From Candidatus Algichlamydia australiensis (GTDB lineage Bacteria > Chlamydiota > Chlamydiia > Chlamydiales > JAJFMI01): a stretch of 64,000 bases of DNA. The stretch lies in the NCBI GenBank assembly GCA_033977065.1, contig JAXCHI010000004.1:224001-288000 (forward strand), given 5' to 3'. Every line of letters starts with the position of its first letter. The first letter of the stretch is position 1. Under the pieces are notes generated by a model. That model ran no database searches. It was not told where the DNA came from and worked only from the letters and a program-made list of their open reading frames with translations. Below are positions 26,967 to 38,719 of this stretch, piece after piece. Made by a program: the position numbers and the translations under genes.

Positions 26967-29096
26967 ACCGGTAAATCGCTTGTTAACCTCGTCTGTGTTT
27001 ACAGCAATCGCAACAGCTTTTTTTGTACCAAGCAGCATCACGAGCTTTTTTCCGCGCGTAATCCCTGTGTAGAGCAAATTGCGATAGAGAAGTTTAAAAT
27101 GGCTTGTATGAATAGGAATCACGATTGCGGGGCACTCACTTCCCTGGTACTTGTGAATGGAGCAGGCATAAGCTAAAACCAACTCATTCAACTCGCTGAA
27201 ACTGTAGTCGACAATCTTTCCCTCAAAATCCACAGTAATAACCTGCTCTTCTTGGTCGATCAGATCAATGATTCCGACATCACCATTATAGACAAATTTT
27301 TGGTAGTTATTGCGAATCTGCATCACCTTATCGCCTGGGCAAAAAGAGCGTCCCATGCGAACTAACGCGGGTTTGCCAGGATTTAACTGCTGCTGCAAAT
27401 GAAAGTTTAAATTTTCAATGCCAATCGGTCCCTTTTTCATTGGGGCAAGCACCTGGACATCCTTAATCGGATCGAAACCAAACTTCTCAGGAATCTCTTT
27501 GGAAATCAAGCTAAGCGTTCGCTCTAAAATTGCTTCAGGCTCCTCAATAGGAAGAAAGAAAAAATCGCTCTTCTCTTCCACTTCTAGATCGGGGAAAATC
27601 CCGCGATTGATGCGGTGCGCATTGGTGACAATTTTTGAACCGCGCGCCTGACGGAAAATGCGCTTTAAAATCGTAACAGGCAACTTCTCAGAATCAATGA
27701 GATCGCGCAATACATTTCCTGGACCCACACTGGGGAGCTGATCGACATCTCCAATAAAAATCACCTTTGACTTGCTCGGTACAGCTTTTAAAAGACTGTA
27801 CATGAGCTGCGTGTCGATCATCGACGCCTCATCAACAATCAAAAGCTCACACTCAAGAGGATTCTCTTTATTGCGCTTAAAGCCTCCTGCGCCAAAATCA
27901 ACTTCCAAAAGCGCATGAATCGTCTGCGCCTTGCGCCGTGTGATCTCACTCAAGCGCTTCGCTGCGCGACCTGTTGGTGCAGCTAAATAAATCTTTCCAG
28001 AGATCTTCTCTAAAATACGTAAAATCCCATGTGTAATCGTACTCTTACCAGTACCAGGACCCCCGGTAATGATCTGAACCTTCTCTTCTAAAGCTTGTAA
28101 AATCGCCGTTTTCTGTTCAGGCGCCAGTTTAATTTTTAGCTGCTCTTCTACCCAGTGAATCGCTTTTTCGCCCTGCACAGTGCGAATCGCGCTCTCAGAA
28201 AGATGAATACGCTTAATCTCCCTTGCAATCCCGACCTCAGAGAGATAGAGCGGCTTGACCCAGATAAACTCCTCATTCTTTTCACCCAGAGGATAGCGCA
28301 CCAGCCGGCCATCAGCCTCAAGGTTTTCCATTTCAGGAACAATCAGCTCCTCATCAATGTCAAGCGCGCCCTTGATCACTTCAAGAAGTTTTATTTTGGG
28401 ATAACAGACATGGCCATCATTGGAGAGCTCCCAGAGAAGATGCTCGATCGCAGCCTGAATGCGGACAGGCGCCTCTTTTGCAATTCCAATTTTTTGCGCT
28501 ACCTGATCAGCAGTCTTAAAACCGACACCAAAAATATTGCGCGCCAACTGGTAAGGATTTTCTTTAATGATCTCAATACTCTTGTCGCCATAACGCTTAT
28601 AGACCTTTTGTGCTAAAGAGGGGGCTATTCCATGGCCACGCAAAAAGATCATCAAATCTCGAATTGCCGCTTGTTCGCTCCAGCACTGTACGATCATGTC
28701 GAGGCGTTTGCGCCCCATCCCTTCAACTTCCAAAAGCATTTCGGGCTCTTGCTCTAAAATCCGAAGCGTATCTGTTCCAAACTCCTTCACAATGCGCTTA
28801 GCAAAAACAGGACCAAGCCCCTTAATCATTCCCGATCCTAAATAACTCTCAATACCCGCAAGATCGGAAGGCTGCTCAGTTGCAAAACTCTCTACCTCGA
28901 ACTGGCGCCCGAAACTGGGATGATGCTTCCAGTTCCCTTTACAAGTAACAGATTCTCCCGGCTGCAACCCAGGCATCTTCCCCACAATCGTGGTTAAATC
29001 TTCCTGCTTAGGCTCCTTTAAACGCGCAACAATAAAACCAGTATCTTCGCTTCCAAAAACAATGCGTTCAACAACGCCAATAACCTGTTCTTCCAT
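26940..29096 (-). CDS. recD2: ATP-dependent RecD2-like helicase
   Basis: GGPGTGKST, DEASM, GDVDQLPSVGPG, HKYQGSE. Confidence 0.95.
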   Translation of the reverse strand: MEEQVIGVVERIVFGSEDTGFIVARLKEPKQEDLTTIVGKMPGLQPGESVTCKGNWKHHPSFGRQFEVESFATEQPSDLAGIESYLGSGMIKGLGPVFAKRIVKEFGTDTLRILEQEPEMLLEVEGMGRKRLDMIVQCWSEQAAIRDLMIFLRGHGIAPSLAQKVYKRYGDKSIEIIKENPYQLARNIFGVGFKTADQVAQKIGIAKEAPVRIQAAIEHLLWELSNDGHVCYPKIKLLEVIKGALDIDEELIVPEMENLEADGRLVRYPLGEKNEEFIWVKPLYLSEVGIAREIKRIHLSESAIRTVQGEKAIHWVEEQLKIKLAPEQKTAILQALEEKVQIITGGPGTGKSTITHGILRILEKISGKIYLAAPTGRAAKRLSEITRRKAQTIHALLEVDFGAGGFKRNKENPLECELLIVDEASMIDTQLMYSLLKAVPSKSKVIFIGDVDQLPSVGPGNVLRDLIDSEKLPVTILKRIFRQARGSKIVTNAHRINRGIFPDLEVEEKSDFFFLPIEEPEAILERTLSLISKEIPEKFGFDPIKDVQVLAPMKKGPIGIENLNFHLQQQLNPGKPALVRMGRSFCPGDKVMQIRNNYQKFVYNGDVGIIDLIDQEEQVITVDFEGKIVDYSFSELNELVLAYACSIHKYQGSECPAIVIPIHTSHFKLLYRNLLYTGITRGKKLVMLLGTKKAVAIAVNTDEVNKRFTGLRELFLES

Positions 29097-29210
29097 TCCC
29101 AAAACAATAGCACCATTTAAAAGAGAACAATAGAGAAAAAAATATTTTAAATCGAGAATCTTAAACCGTTGCAAGTAAAGGGTGAAATAGAGTAAAATGA
29201 TAATTCATGT

Positions 29211-29282
29211 TCCGGATTAGCTCAGCGGTAGAGCAGTGGACTGTTAATCCATTTGTCGCTGGTTCGAATCCAGCATCCGGAG
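29211..29282 (+). tRNA. tRNA-Asn(GTT)
   Basis: Acceptor TCCGGAT/ATCCGGA; D arm TAGCTCAGCGGTAGAGC; anticodon loop CTGTTAA; T loop GGTTCGAATCC; CCA not encoded. Confidence 0.97.
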
Positions 29283-29293
29283 TCCTTATTCCT

Positions 29294-29319
29294 GCCCCTC
29301 AGAAGAGGGGCTTTTTTTT
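29294..29319 (+). terminator. Terminator after tRNA-Asn
   Basis: GCCCCTC-AGAA-GAGGGGC followed by T8. Confidence 0.88.
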
Positions 29320-29329
29320 GGAGTTGATT

Positions 29330-29665
29330 GTGAAAGAATCTCTTTATAAAATTCTCTCTTTAAAAGCATGGCAAGAGAGCCAAACTCAAGAATTTTTGAC
29401 CCTTTCAGAAAACGACAAAAAATTTATCCATTTTTCAACTAAAGAGCAGCTGCCGAGAATTTTGAAAAAACATTGGTTAAATGAGACCGAGTGTGTGATA
29501 TTAAGAGTCGATCCAAAGCAATTGCTCGGAAAACTTGTTTTCGAAAGTAACCCGGGTGGTACAAATCAATACTATCACCTCTACGGGGGTGCTATTCCCC
29601 TAAAGGCAGTACATGTAATTACGGAGCAAACTCTATCATTGCTCAAGAAGCAGGAATCATCTTAA
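29330..29665 (+). CDS. DUF952 family protein
   Basis: LYKI..FIHFST..Q..YYHLYG.IP; GTG start with GGAG RBS. Confidence 0.8.
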   Translation: MKESLYKILSLKAWQESQTQEFLTLSENDKKFIHFSTKEQLPRILKKHWLNETECVILRVDPKQLLGKLVFESNPGGTNQYYHLYGGAIPLKAVHVITEQTLSLLKKQESS

Positions 29666-29797
29666 GATCTTTAGATGTTTCTTCATTAGACCTTCGTCAA
29701 CCAGACGCTCTTTTGACAAAGGGAGTACTCCTCACTAGTGATCCTGAAATTCGTTTGGAATTTCTTAATTATTCATAATCAATTGGTTATACTTTAT

Positions 29798-29826
29798 TGA
29801 GTTATAGACTTCTGTTCTATAACTCA
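29798..29826. promoter_or_regulatory. Perfect 11-bp inverted repeat abutting the Fic start (putative operator)
   Basis: TGAGTTATAGA-N7-TCTATAACTCA; TATACT at 29788-29793. Confidence 0.7.
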
Positions 29827-30914
29827 TGCCTTGGAATTGGCAATTAGAAAAGTGGCCGCGATTCACTTGTGATTTAAATCAATTGATAGAAACAGAGAAG
29901 AAATTTCTCTTAGCTGCTGGCAGAGCCTTTGCATATATCAAAACTTTGGATAAGGAAAATGCTCACCGGATCATTGTAGAGATTTTAAGTTTAGAGGGGA
30001 TTGAGAGCTCAAAAATTGAGGGCGAGTATCTTGATCGAGAGAGTTTGCAATCTTCCATTCGTGCCGCTTTGGGGTTAAATACGCAGCACAAGAAGCCGAA
30101 GAAAAAAGAGTCTGATATGGCAGAGCTCATGTTTGCTATTTATGAAACCTTTGATGAGCCGCTGACACATAAAATGCTCTTTAAATGGCACTCTTTGCTC
30201 TTTCAAAAAGAGTCCCACCTTTCAAATATTGGCAATTACCGAGTGCATAAAGAGCCAATGCAAATTGTCTCGCATAAGTGTGGCTCAAAAAAGATTTTTT
30301 TTGAAGCTCCTCCTTCCCATCGTGTGCGAAAAGAGATGGATGAATTTGTAAAATGGTTTAACCAAACGCGCACGACAAAATCGATCTTGGCAAGAGCAGC
30401 AATTGCCCATATCTATTTTGAAAGCATTCACCCCTTTGAAGATGGGAATGGGCGCATTGGGCGTGTTCTTGTAGAAAAAATCCTTTCTCAAGGAGTAGGA
30501 GACCCCATTTTGATTGCTGTCTCTCAAATCTTGGAAAAGCGAAAAAAAGAGTATTACGCGGAGTTACAAAAGTGCAATTATTCCCTGGATGCTAACGATT
30601 GGGTACAGTTTTTTTCCCAAGTCATTTTGCAAGCGCAGGAGTCCTCACTCAAACTGCTTCATTTTGTGATCAACAAATCCAAAACTCTCTCAGCGCTCTC
30701 TGGAAAAATCAACGGAAGGCAAGAGAAGATACTGCTAAGAATCTTTGCCGAGGGACCGAAGGGGTTTCAAGGTGGCTTAAGTGCAGAAAATTACATTTCG
30801 ATAACAAAATGCTCGCGCGCCACGGCTACCCGCGATTTAAACGATCTTATTGAGAAAGGAGCCTTGCAAAAAACAGGCTCTCTCAAACACACCCGTTATT
30901 CATTAGTGTTATAG
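29826..30914 (+). CDS. Fic family protein (DUF4172-like N-terminus, C-terminal wHTH)
   Basis: MPWNWQ..WP.F; HPFEDGNGRIGR; SRATATRDL. Confidence 0.92.
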   Translation: MPWNWQLEKWPRFTCDLNQLIETEKKFLLAAGRAFAYIKTLDKENAHRIIVEILSLEGIESSKIEGEYLDRESLQSSIRAALGLNTQHKKPKKKESDMAELMFAIYETFDEPLTHKMLFKWHSLLFQKESHLSNIGNYRVHKEPMQIVSHKCGSKKIFFEAPPSHRVRKEMDEFVKWFNQTRTTKSILARAAIAHIYFESIHPFEDGNGRIGRVLVEKILSQGVGDPILIAVSQILEKRKKEYYAELQKCNYSLDANDWVQFFSQVILQAQESSLKLLHFVINKSKTLSALSGKINGRQEKILLRIFAEGPKGFQGGLSAENYISITKCSRATATRDLNDLIEKGALQKTGSLKHTRYSLVL

Positions 30915-31017
30915 TTTTGTTTCAAATATTTATAACATGCTAAATATAAGAGCTTTGTAGACGGCTATTTTCTATCAATATTTAAAATGGTCACGACTAT
31001 TTTAAAGATCGGCCCGG

Positions 31018-31170
31018 ATTTCTCCTGCCTTGAAGTATTTTCAAGATGCCACAAATGCTACTCACGCGTTTCAAGTTGTAATTGATATGCCGTATGTGAA
31101 TGTTGACTGCTTTTCAGAGACAGAGCCTGTGATTGTTCCTGCGAGGACTTTTCTTTCTCAGCTCGTTTAA
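31018..31170 (+). pseudogene. Orphan C-terminal fragment of an AAA+/DUF4143-type ATP-binding protein
   Basis: ISPALKYFQDATNATHAFQVVIDMPYVNVDCF...IVPARTFLSQLV*; in-frame stop just upstream; family assigned from recall. Confidence 0.6.
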
Positions 31171-31180
31171 ATCCTGATCT

Positions 31181-32074
31181 TTATTTGAAAATGAGACTTG
31201 AAGAACAAATCTGTGTAATTTCCTCAGAAGTGAGGATCGTTGAGAGGAGTTTGAGATAGCGCGGGTAGCAGCTGCTGTTGTTAAATCCTGGGAAGAAGGG
31301 AGAGGGAAGGAGCCAGGGGAGCTCTAAGCCGCCGAAAAAGTCGGCGCCGAGGGCGATGTTTTCTAAGATGCCAAGTTCTTTGGCGTGTTCAATGTGTTTG
31401 AGGAAATAGTCGGGAGTAGGACCGACAAATTGACGGTAGAAGTTCATACCGATCAGGCCATTGCGTTTTGCAATTTCAAGAGCTAAGTCGTTGGGAAGGT
31501 TGCGCGGATTGTCGGTTACGCTGCGAAAGTTGGAATGGCTAGCAAGGACGGGTAGGGAGAGATTTTTTTCTTCGATATAGGAGAAAAGATCATAGGCAAG
31601 GGCGTCTGAGGTGTGGCTGAAATCCAGAGGAATTTGCAGTTCTGTCATTTTTTCAAGTAAGATTTTACCGTCAGGTTTCAGTCCGATACTGGTATAGCTG
31701 CCACCACCAAAGCGGTTTTCTTCGTTCCAGGTAAGGCTAATGTAGGCAAGAGGGCCAATCTCTTTTTGAAGGGTTTCAAGGCGAGTCAGGACTTGGTCTA
31801 GCGGATCCTTTTCTTCAGCAATGCCGCACGCGCTCTCTAAGGCGGGAATCAGTTGAAGATTGTCGGTTTGCGGAAGGGTTTTGAAAATTTTAGCTTGGCG
31901 TGCGCCGCATTTTGATGAGCCCGGCTTGTTTTCAGTGAAAATGACAAGAACTTGTTTTGTAACGCCGCCTTTTTGCATCTGCTCAAGTGAGCAGCGCGAT
32001 AGGGGATCGTAGGGTGTGCGGCGCTCATCTAATTCAAGATAGGCAAGTAAATCACAATGTAGATCAATAATCAT
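31181..32074 (-). CDS. Membrane dipeptidase (peptidase M19)
   Basis: DLHCD, LTWN..NRFGGG, DFSH, SHSN, GADF. Confidence 0.9.
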   Translation of the reverse strand: MIIDLHCDLLAYLELDERRTPYDPLSRCSLEQMQKGGVTKQVLVIFTENKPGSSKCGARQAKIFKTLPQTDNLQLIPALESACGIAEEKDPLDQVLTRLETLQKEIGPLAYISLTWNEENRFGGGSYTSIGLKPDGKILLEKMTELQIPLDFSHTSDALAYDLFSYIEEKNLSLPVLASHSNFRSVTDNPRNLPNDLALEIAKRNGLIGMNFYRQFVGPTPDYFLKHIEHAKELGILENIALGADFFGGLELPWLLPSPFFPGFNNSSCYPRYLKLLSTILTSEEITQICSSSLIFK

Positions 32075-32096
32075 AAAAAAAATTATAGTGTGGTTG

Positions 32097-32258
32097 TGAG
32101 ACTATTCTACTATTCATATTTTCAATTTTTCCATATTTTTGGCCCATTTTTTCCTCAATTTTTTCGGCCAACTTTTCAAAGTTTCCCTCAAAAATTGAGA
32201 AAAAAAGAGCAGAAAACTATAAAAAAATTTAGAAAACAGCAATAGCAGGATAGTCTCA
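32097..32258. mobile_element. Palindromic element family C, ~162 bp
   Basis: TIR TGAGACTATTCTACTATT / AATAGCAGGATAGTCTCA (16/18); T-rich left arm and A-rich right arm. Confidence 0.7.
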
Positions 32259-33605
32259 ATGAAACTCAAGACCTATTTAAAGAAAGATTTGCACCTCATC
32301 ACACAAATCTTTCGCGACCACATGGTCATCCTGTTGCTTATTTTACTCTCTTATATTGCAACATACGCCTTAAATCTCTATCTGGCAAATTTGCTCAAAC
32401 CAGAGCTTTATGGAAATATTTCTATTGTTTTCCAATTGCTTCTATTTACGATGCCGTTTGCGCTGTTGGGAACCGAGCTTTCTATGATGCACTTTTTGCC
32501 CAAGTATTTCCACGATCATGAATATCCGCTTGCTTCAGGATTTATCCGATGGAATTTTCGTCTTTTTGGTTGGATCTCTCTTGTTGTTTTGGCTTTGGGA
32601 GGGATGTGTCTCTCTATTGCTCTGATTTTAGAGGGGATTGGTGTCACCAAGTTAACAGAGTATAATGTGATTCTTTACTCGTTTTGGCTGATTCCACTTT
32701 TTGCTTTAATTGTTTTGCTTGCAACTCTCCTGCAAACGATGGGCAAATTTTACTTAGCGACCTCTTTTCGCGGATTTGCACTCTCTTTTATGATCTTGCT
32801 TGTGGTTTTTTTATTCCTCCATGTTTTTGAGACTTCATGGGTTGGGGGCTATCGCAAAACGGTTAGCTTGATTATCTGCTTGGCAATTGCCTACCTATCT
32901 ATTATTGGTCTTGAGATCTATTTCTTGCGCAAGACGCTACCAAAAAAGATCTATAAGGTAAAACCGCACTACCAGAAGAGCCACTGGGTGCGCTACTCGA
33001 TCGAAATGTTAGGAAGTTTTTTGGGGTATACAGCTTTAGCGGCACTTGAAATTTTGCTTTTACAATTTTTTGGAGCAAACCAAGAAGATGTCGGGCACTT
33101 TGCCTCTATTTTGGTGATTAGCTCTTCCATGATGGTGCTTGCTTTAGCAGTTGATATGTTTGTGAATCCGCTCATTAGCTCGCTCGTGCATAAAAATCGT
33201 CTGCACTTGCAGTCGGTTTTGGATATTGTCAATCTCTTCAAACTTGTTCCTGCAACGCTTCTGCTTCTCGTTATGATTTTCTTTGGAGAGTCGCTGCTTT
33301 CACACTTTGGAAAGTCATTTGAAGGCGCTTACCCAGCACTCTTAGTTTTGGCAGCTGGTTATTTTTATGGCCTAACACTCAATTCTGCAGTGCCTCTTCT
33401 ACTCTACTCCGGGCATCATCGGCTCAATTTTAAGCTCTCTCTTGTACAATTTGCGTTTATTGTGATTGCGAGCGGAATTTTGATTCCCATGTACGCCTTA
33501 GAGGGAGCTGCCATCGCCCTTTCCGCAACAATTGTCTTTGCAAGCACGATGCGACTCTTCTTCATCCGCAAATATTTAGATATCAAATTGCTATTTATTG
33601 TATAG
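32259..33605 (+). CDS. Oligosaccharide flippase / MOP-superfamily transporter
   Basis: About 12 TMs; L.PELYG, LIPMYALEGAAIA. Confidence 0.8.
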   Translation: MKLKTYLKKDLHLITQIFRDHMVILLLILLSYIATYALNLYLANLLKPELYGNISIVFQLLLFTMPFALLGTELSMMHFLPKYFHDHEYPLASGFIRWNFRLFGWISLVVLALGGMCLSIALILEGIGVTKLTEYNVILYSFWLIPLFALIVLLATLLQTMGKFYLATSFRGFALSFMILLVVFLFLHVFETSWVGGYRKTVSLIICLAIAYLSIIGLEIYFLRKTLPKKIYKVKPHYQKSHWVRYSIEMLGSFLGYTALAALEILLLQFFGANQEDVGHFASILVISSSMMVLALAVDMFVNPLISSLVHKNRLHLQSVLDIVNLFKLVPATLLLLVMIFFGESLLSHFGKSFEGAYPALLVLAAGYFYGLTLNSAVPLLLYSGHHRLNFKLSLVQFAFIVIASGILIPMYALEGAAIALSATIVFASTMRLFFIRKYLDIKLLFIV

Positions 33606-33713
33606 CATTTGCAATTCATGACTTGCACGAAATACGCATCTTTGTGGTTGTATGCTTTTGACGACGCTATCTAAAACCCCGAAATCAGCGAATGAATTCC
33701 TCATGAGCCGCTA

Positions 33714-33876
33714 GTACTCTGTAACAGAAAATTTTAGCATTATTTTTACGTCAAAGCCTCGGGATTGAACTATCGAAAATCACCTCGTATTTGATTAATA
33801 CTAGGTGACTTGCGATAGCCCAATCGCGAGAGCTTTCACGTTAAAAAGAATAACAAAATTTTCTGTTACAGAGTAC
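33714..33876. mobile_element. MITE family B, second copy
   Basis: C-TA|GTACTCTGTAACAG...CTGTTACAGAGTAC|TA-G; inverted copy of 20463-20625. Confidence 0.9.
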
Positions 33877-33920
33877 TAGGCGGGCAATGGAAGCCTGCTT
33901 TACTGGTAGCAGGGAATTTA

Positions 33921-34000
33921 GAATTTCAAGAAGGAGTTTTTGGAAACCGGAGATAACTGCAAGCAGTTATTGGAGGTTGAAAAAGCTCTTTATTGGAATT
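33921..34000 (+). mobile_element. MITE family A, internal remnant
   Basis: ATAACTGCAAGCAGTTATTGGAGGTTGAAAAA core shared with other A copies. Confidence 0.7.
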
Positions 34001-34030
34001 ATGAAACCCTGGGATCGGTAAATGAGGGTT

Positions 34031-34759
34031 TCATTGCCCGCCAAAAAAAACCTTGAAAGGAGAGAGAAGAATATTGGTTGCCTGTCCCGATATGCCTATC
34101 ACCATGTTGGTGACCCCTTCCATAAGGGTGATCTGCTCCAGTAGCTTTTTAATAATGACTTCAGTGATCTCTTCAATCGGCAAGCCTTTCTCTGTTCCGA
34201 CGTTTTGGAATTCCATTTTAGGGATAGGATTGAGTTTACGTGGATTTCTCTCACCACTGAGGAGGATATCAACGTTGACGTTGTAAAGACCAAGGAGCTC
34301 AATTAAGACGGTTCGGTTGTAGCGGAAGCTAGTCTTATCCACTACTTCTTCAATTGGGTTTGTTGTTGAGAAGTTGCTATCAACATTTTGAACGATCTGG
34401 GTCCAGTTTCCCTGAGAATTATCTTTGTCGTTAAACTCAATACCTGCCCAGATGTTTTCAAAGGCAATTCTTTGGATATCAATGTCTTTTTTAAAGTAGT
34501 TGATTAGGGGGGCGTCAAAGGTGATTTTTCCCACTTCCATTGCTTTATCCATTTTATACCCCTTGGGGTTGTGGACAACGAGCTGGTTAATGGTAAAGGA
34601 ATCCCAGTGAAGATCTATGCTTTTGATAGTCGTGTGGACGCCAAGTTTTTCAGAGAGGTAGTTGGCTAAGATTTCAGCGCGGTGAAAGTAGAAGTGACCA
34701 AGAAAGGCAGCAAATCCTACGACAAGAACAATCGCTAAAAAGCATATAATTTTCTTCAT
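34031..34759 (-). CDS. AsmA-like conserved chlamydial membrane-anchored protein
   Basis: N-terminal TM; V.NP.G..; N..GNW; downstream of groEL. Confidence 0.65.
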   Translation of the reverse strand: MKKIICFLAIVLVVGFAAFLGHFYFHRAEILANYLSEKLGVHTTIKSIDLHWDSFTINQLVVHNPKGYKMDKAMEVGKITFDAPLINYFKKDIDIQRIAFENIWAGIEFNDKDNSQGNWTQIVQNVDSNFSTTNPIEEVVDKTSFRYNRTVLIELLGLYNVNVDILLSGERNPRKLNPIPKMEFQNVGTEKGLPIEEITEVIIKKLLEQITLMEGVTNMVIGISGQATNILLSPFKVFFGGQ

Positions 34760-34774
34760 TTCCTCACGTTAAAG

Positions 34775-34808
34775 AAAAAAGGCTTTTCCCGAAAGGGAAA
34801 AGCCTTTT
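34775..34808 (-). terminator. groEL terminator (bidirectional-type)
   Basis: AAAAGGCTTTTCCC-GAAA-GGGAAAAGCCTTTT. Confidence 0.9.
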
Positions 34809-34831
34809 GCTTGTGTAGGATTGAGATGACT

Positions 34832-36791
<1,960 letters not shown>

Positions 36792-36823
36792 ATTTCTTTC
36801 CTTGTAAAAGTTTATACAACCCC

Positions 36824-36852
36824 ATTATGACGGAAAAGTGAATTTTTGGCAA
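36824..36852 (-). promoter_or_regulatory. Sigma66/70-type promoter of groESL
   Basis: TTGCCA-N17-CATAAT on the minus strand. Confidence 0.7.
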
Positions 36853-36857
36853 CAAAT

Positions 36858-36884
36858 TTAGCAGTTTAAGGTGCTAAGTGCTAG
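36858..36884. promoter_or_regulatory. CIRCE (HrcA operator)
   Basis: TTAGCAGTT-N9-AAGTGCTAG versus consensus TTAGCACTC-N9-GAGTGCTAA; upstream of groES. Confidence 0.85.
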
Positions 36885-36952
36885 GTGTGTAAAATCAAAA
36901 TTTTAATTTTTATATATTGACTGTTTCGCTCGAATTGCATACTCTGAAGCGC

Positions 36953-38719
36953 ATGGTTATAGAACGTCATGAAGTTAAAAAAGAAGATAAGTGGGATGTA
37001 GAGGCTCTCTACGCATCCATTTCAGACTGGGAAAGTGAATTCAAAGCGATATCTGACAAAGGTTGGGGGAAGATCCTTCAATACAAGGGGAAACTTGGTG
37101 AAAATTTGGGCGCAGCACTTAGAGAGCGCTTTTCTCTTGATGAGACCATAGACAAACTTGTTGTTTACGGCCACTTGCGCTACGATGAAGATCTTACAAA
37201 TGCCGAGCACAAGTCCACCTACGATAGGGCAATGAGCCTCTATTTTGATTTCTCTGCTAATGTAAGTTGGTTTGAACCCGAAATTTTACAGCTTCCAGAT
37301 GAAGTTATAGAGAGTGCATTGAACGATAACTCTCTTTCTGATTACCACTTTTTCCTCTCTTCATTAATCAAGTTAAAACCGCACACTCTTTCTCCCAAAG
37401 AGGAGAAGATTTTAGCTCTATCAGCTGAATCGATGCAGACAGCAAAGCGCACTTTTTCTCTTCTCAATAATGCGGATTTCAAATTTGCTCCAGCAAAAGA
37501 TGAAAATGGAGAGGAGCATGAGATTACTCACGCGCGCTACTCTACGATTTTACACAGTAAGGATCGCACACTACGCATCAATGCCTTTGAAAATTTGCAA
37601 GGGCGTTATCGTGAGTATGGCAATACGATTGCAGAGCTACTAGCTGGACATGTAAACACGCATATTTGTGAGGCAAAAGCGCGAGGATACAAATCTTCTT
37701 TGGATGCAGCCCTTTTTCCTAAAAATATAGATACGGAAGTTTATCGCCAATTGATCAAAACTGCGCATGAGAATATTGAGCCTTTGCACCGCTATATGGC
37801 GATGCGTAAGGAAAAACTTGGTTTGGACAAACTGCGCCTTTGCGATCTCTATGTTCCTCTTGTTGATGAGGTGGATCTGCATTACACCTATGATGAGTCA
37901 ATTGATATGGTGGTCGACTCATTAAAGTGCTTGGGACCAGAATACCAGAGACAGCTAAAAGCGGGTCTAACAACAGATCGTTGGGTGGATCGTTATGAGA
38001 ATGAAGGGAAACGCTCTGGGGCCTATTCAAGTGGCTGCTATGGCTATATGCCCTACATTTTGATGAATTACCAGGGACAGATTAATGATGTGATGACACT
38101 TACGCATGAAGCGGGTCACAGCATGCACTCATTCTACTCTCAAAAAAATCAGCCCTATCCGAAGGCGCAGTATACAATTTTTGTGGCAGAAGTAGCATCA
38201 ACTTTTCATGAGAAACTTCTTTTCCACTATTTGATGGAGAGATTGGGAGAAAAAGAGAAGCAGTTCCTTATAAATTACCGCTTAGATAGTATTCGTGCAA
38301 CGTTTTTCAGGCAGGCTCTCTTTGCTGAATTTGAATTAAAAATTCACGAGCTGGCTGAAGCGGGGAAGCCTCTGACACAAGAGCTTTTAAGCGAGATTTA
38401 TGGCGAATTAAACCGCGTCTACTACGGTCCTCACTTAGAAATTGATGAGTATTTAAAAGCAGAGTGGATGCGCATTCCGCATTTCTACAGTAACTTTTAC
38501 GTTTACCAGTATGCAACGGGAATTAGTGCGGCAACAGCTCTTGTAGATCGCGTGACAAAAGAGGGAGCAAAAGAGGACTATTTGCGTTTTATCTCCTCTG
38601 GAGGAAGCGATTATCCATTGAATGAGCTTCGCGATGCTGGTATTGACATGACAGATGAAAAACCGATAAAATCCTTGATTGCAGATTTTGAGGAGTTGCT
38701 CGATGCGTTTAGGAATTAA
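36953..38719 (+). CDS. pepF: Oligoendopeptidase F
   Basis: HEAGH, GKRSGAYSSG, AEVAS, HFY..FYVYQYA. Confidence 0.95.
   Translation: MVIERHEVKKEDKWDVEALYASISDWESEFKAISDKGWGKILQYKGKLGENLGAALRERFSLDETIDKLVVYGHLRYDEDLTNAEHKSTYDRAMSLYFDFSANVSWFEPEILQLPDEVIESALNDNSLSDYHFFLSSLIKLKPHTLSPKEEKILALSAESMQTAKRTFSLLNNADFKFAPAKDENGEEHEITHARYSTILHSKDRTLRINAFENLQGRYREYGNTIAELLAGHVNTHICEAKARGYKSSLDAALFPKNIDTEVYRQLIKTAHENIEPLHRYMAMRKEKLGLDKLRLCDLYVPLVDEVDLHYTYDESIDMVVDSLKCLGPEYQRQLKAGLTTDRWVDRYENEGKRSGAYSSGCYGYMPYILMNYQGQINDVMTLTHEAGHSMHSFYSQKNQPYPKAQYTIFVAEVASTFHEKLLFHYLMERLGEKEKQFLINYRLDSIRATFFRQALFAEFELKIHELAEAGKPLTQELLSEIYGELNRVYYGPHLEIDEYLKAEWMRIPHFYSNFYVYQYATGISAATALVDRVTKEGAKEDYLRFISSGGSDYPLNELRDAGIDMTDEKPIKSLIADFEELLDAFRN

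Noticed and set aside
29207..29329. N-terminal part of the 152-aa ORF
   Set aside because: Overlaps tRNA-Asn and its terminator; the real gene more likely starts at GTG 29330
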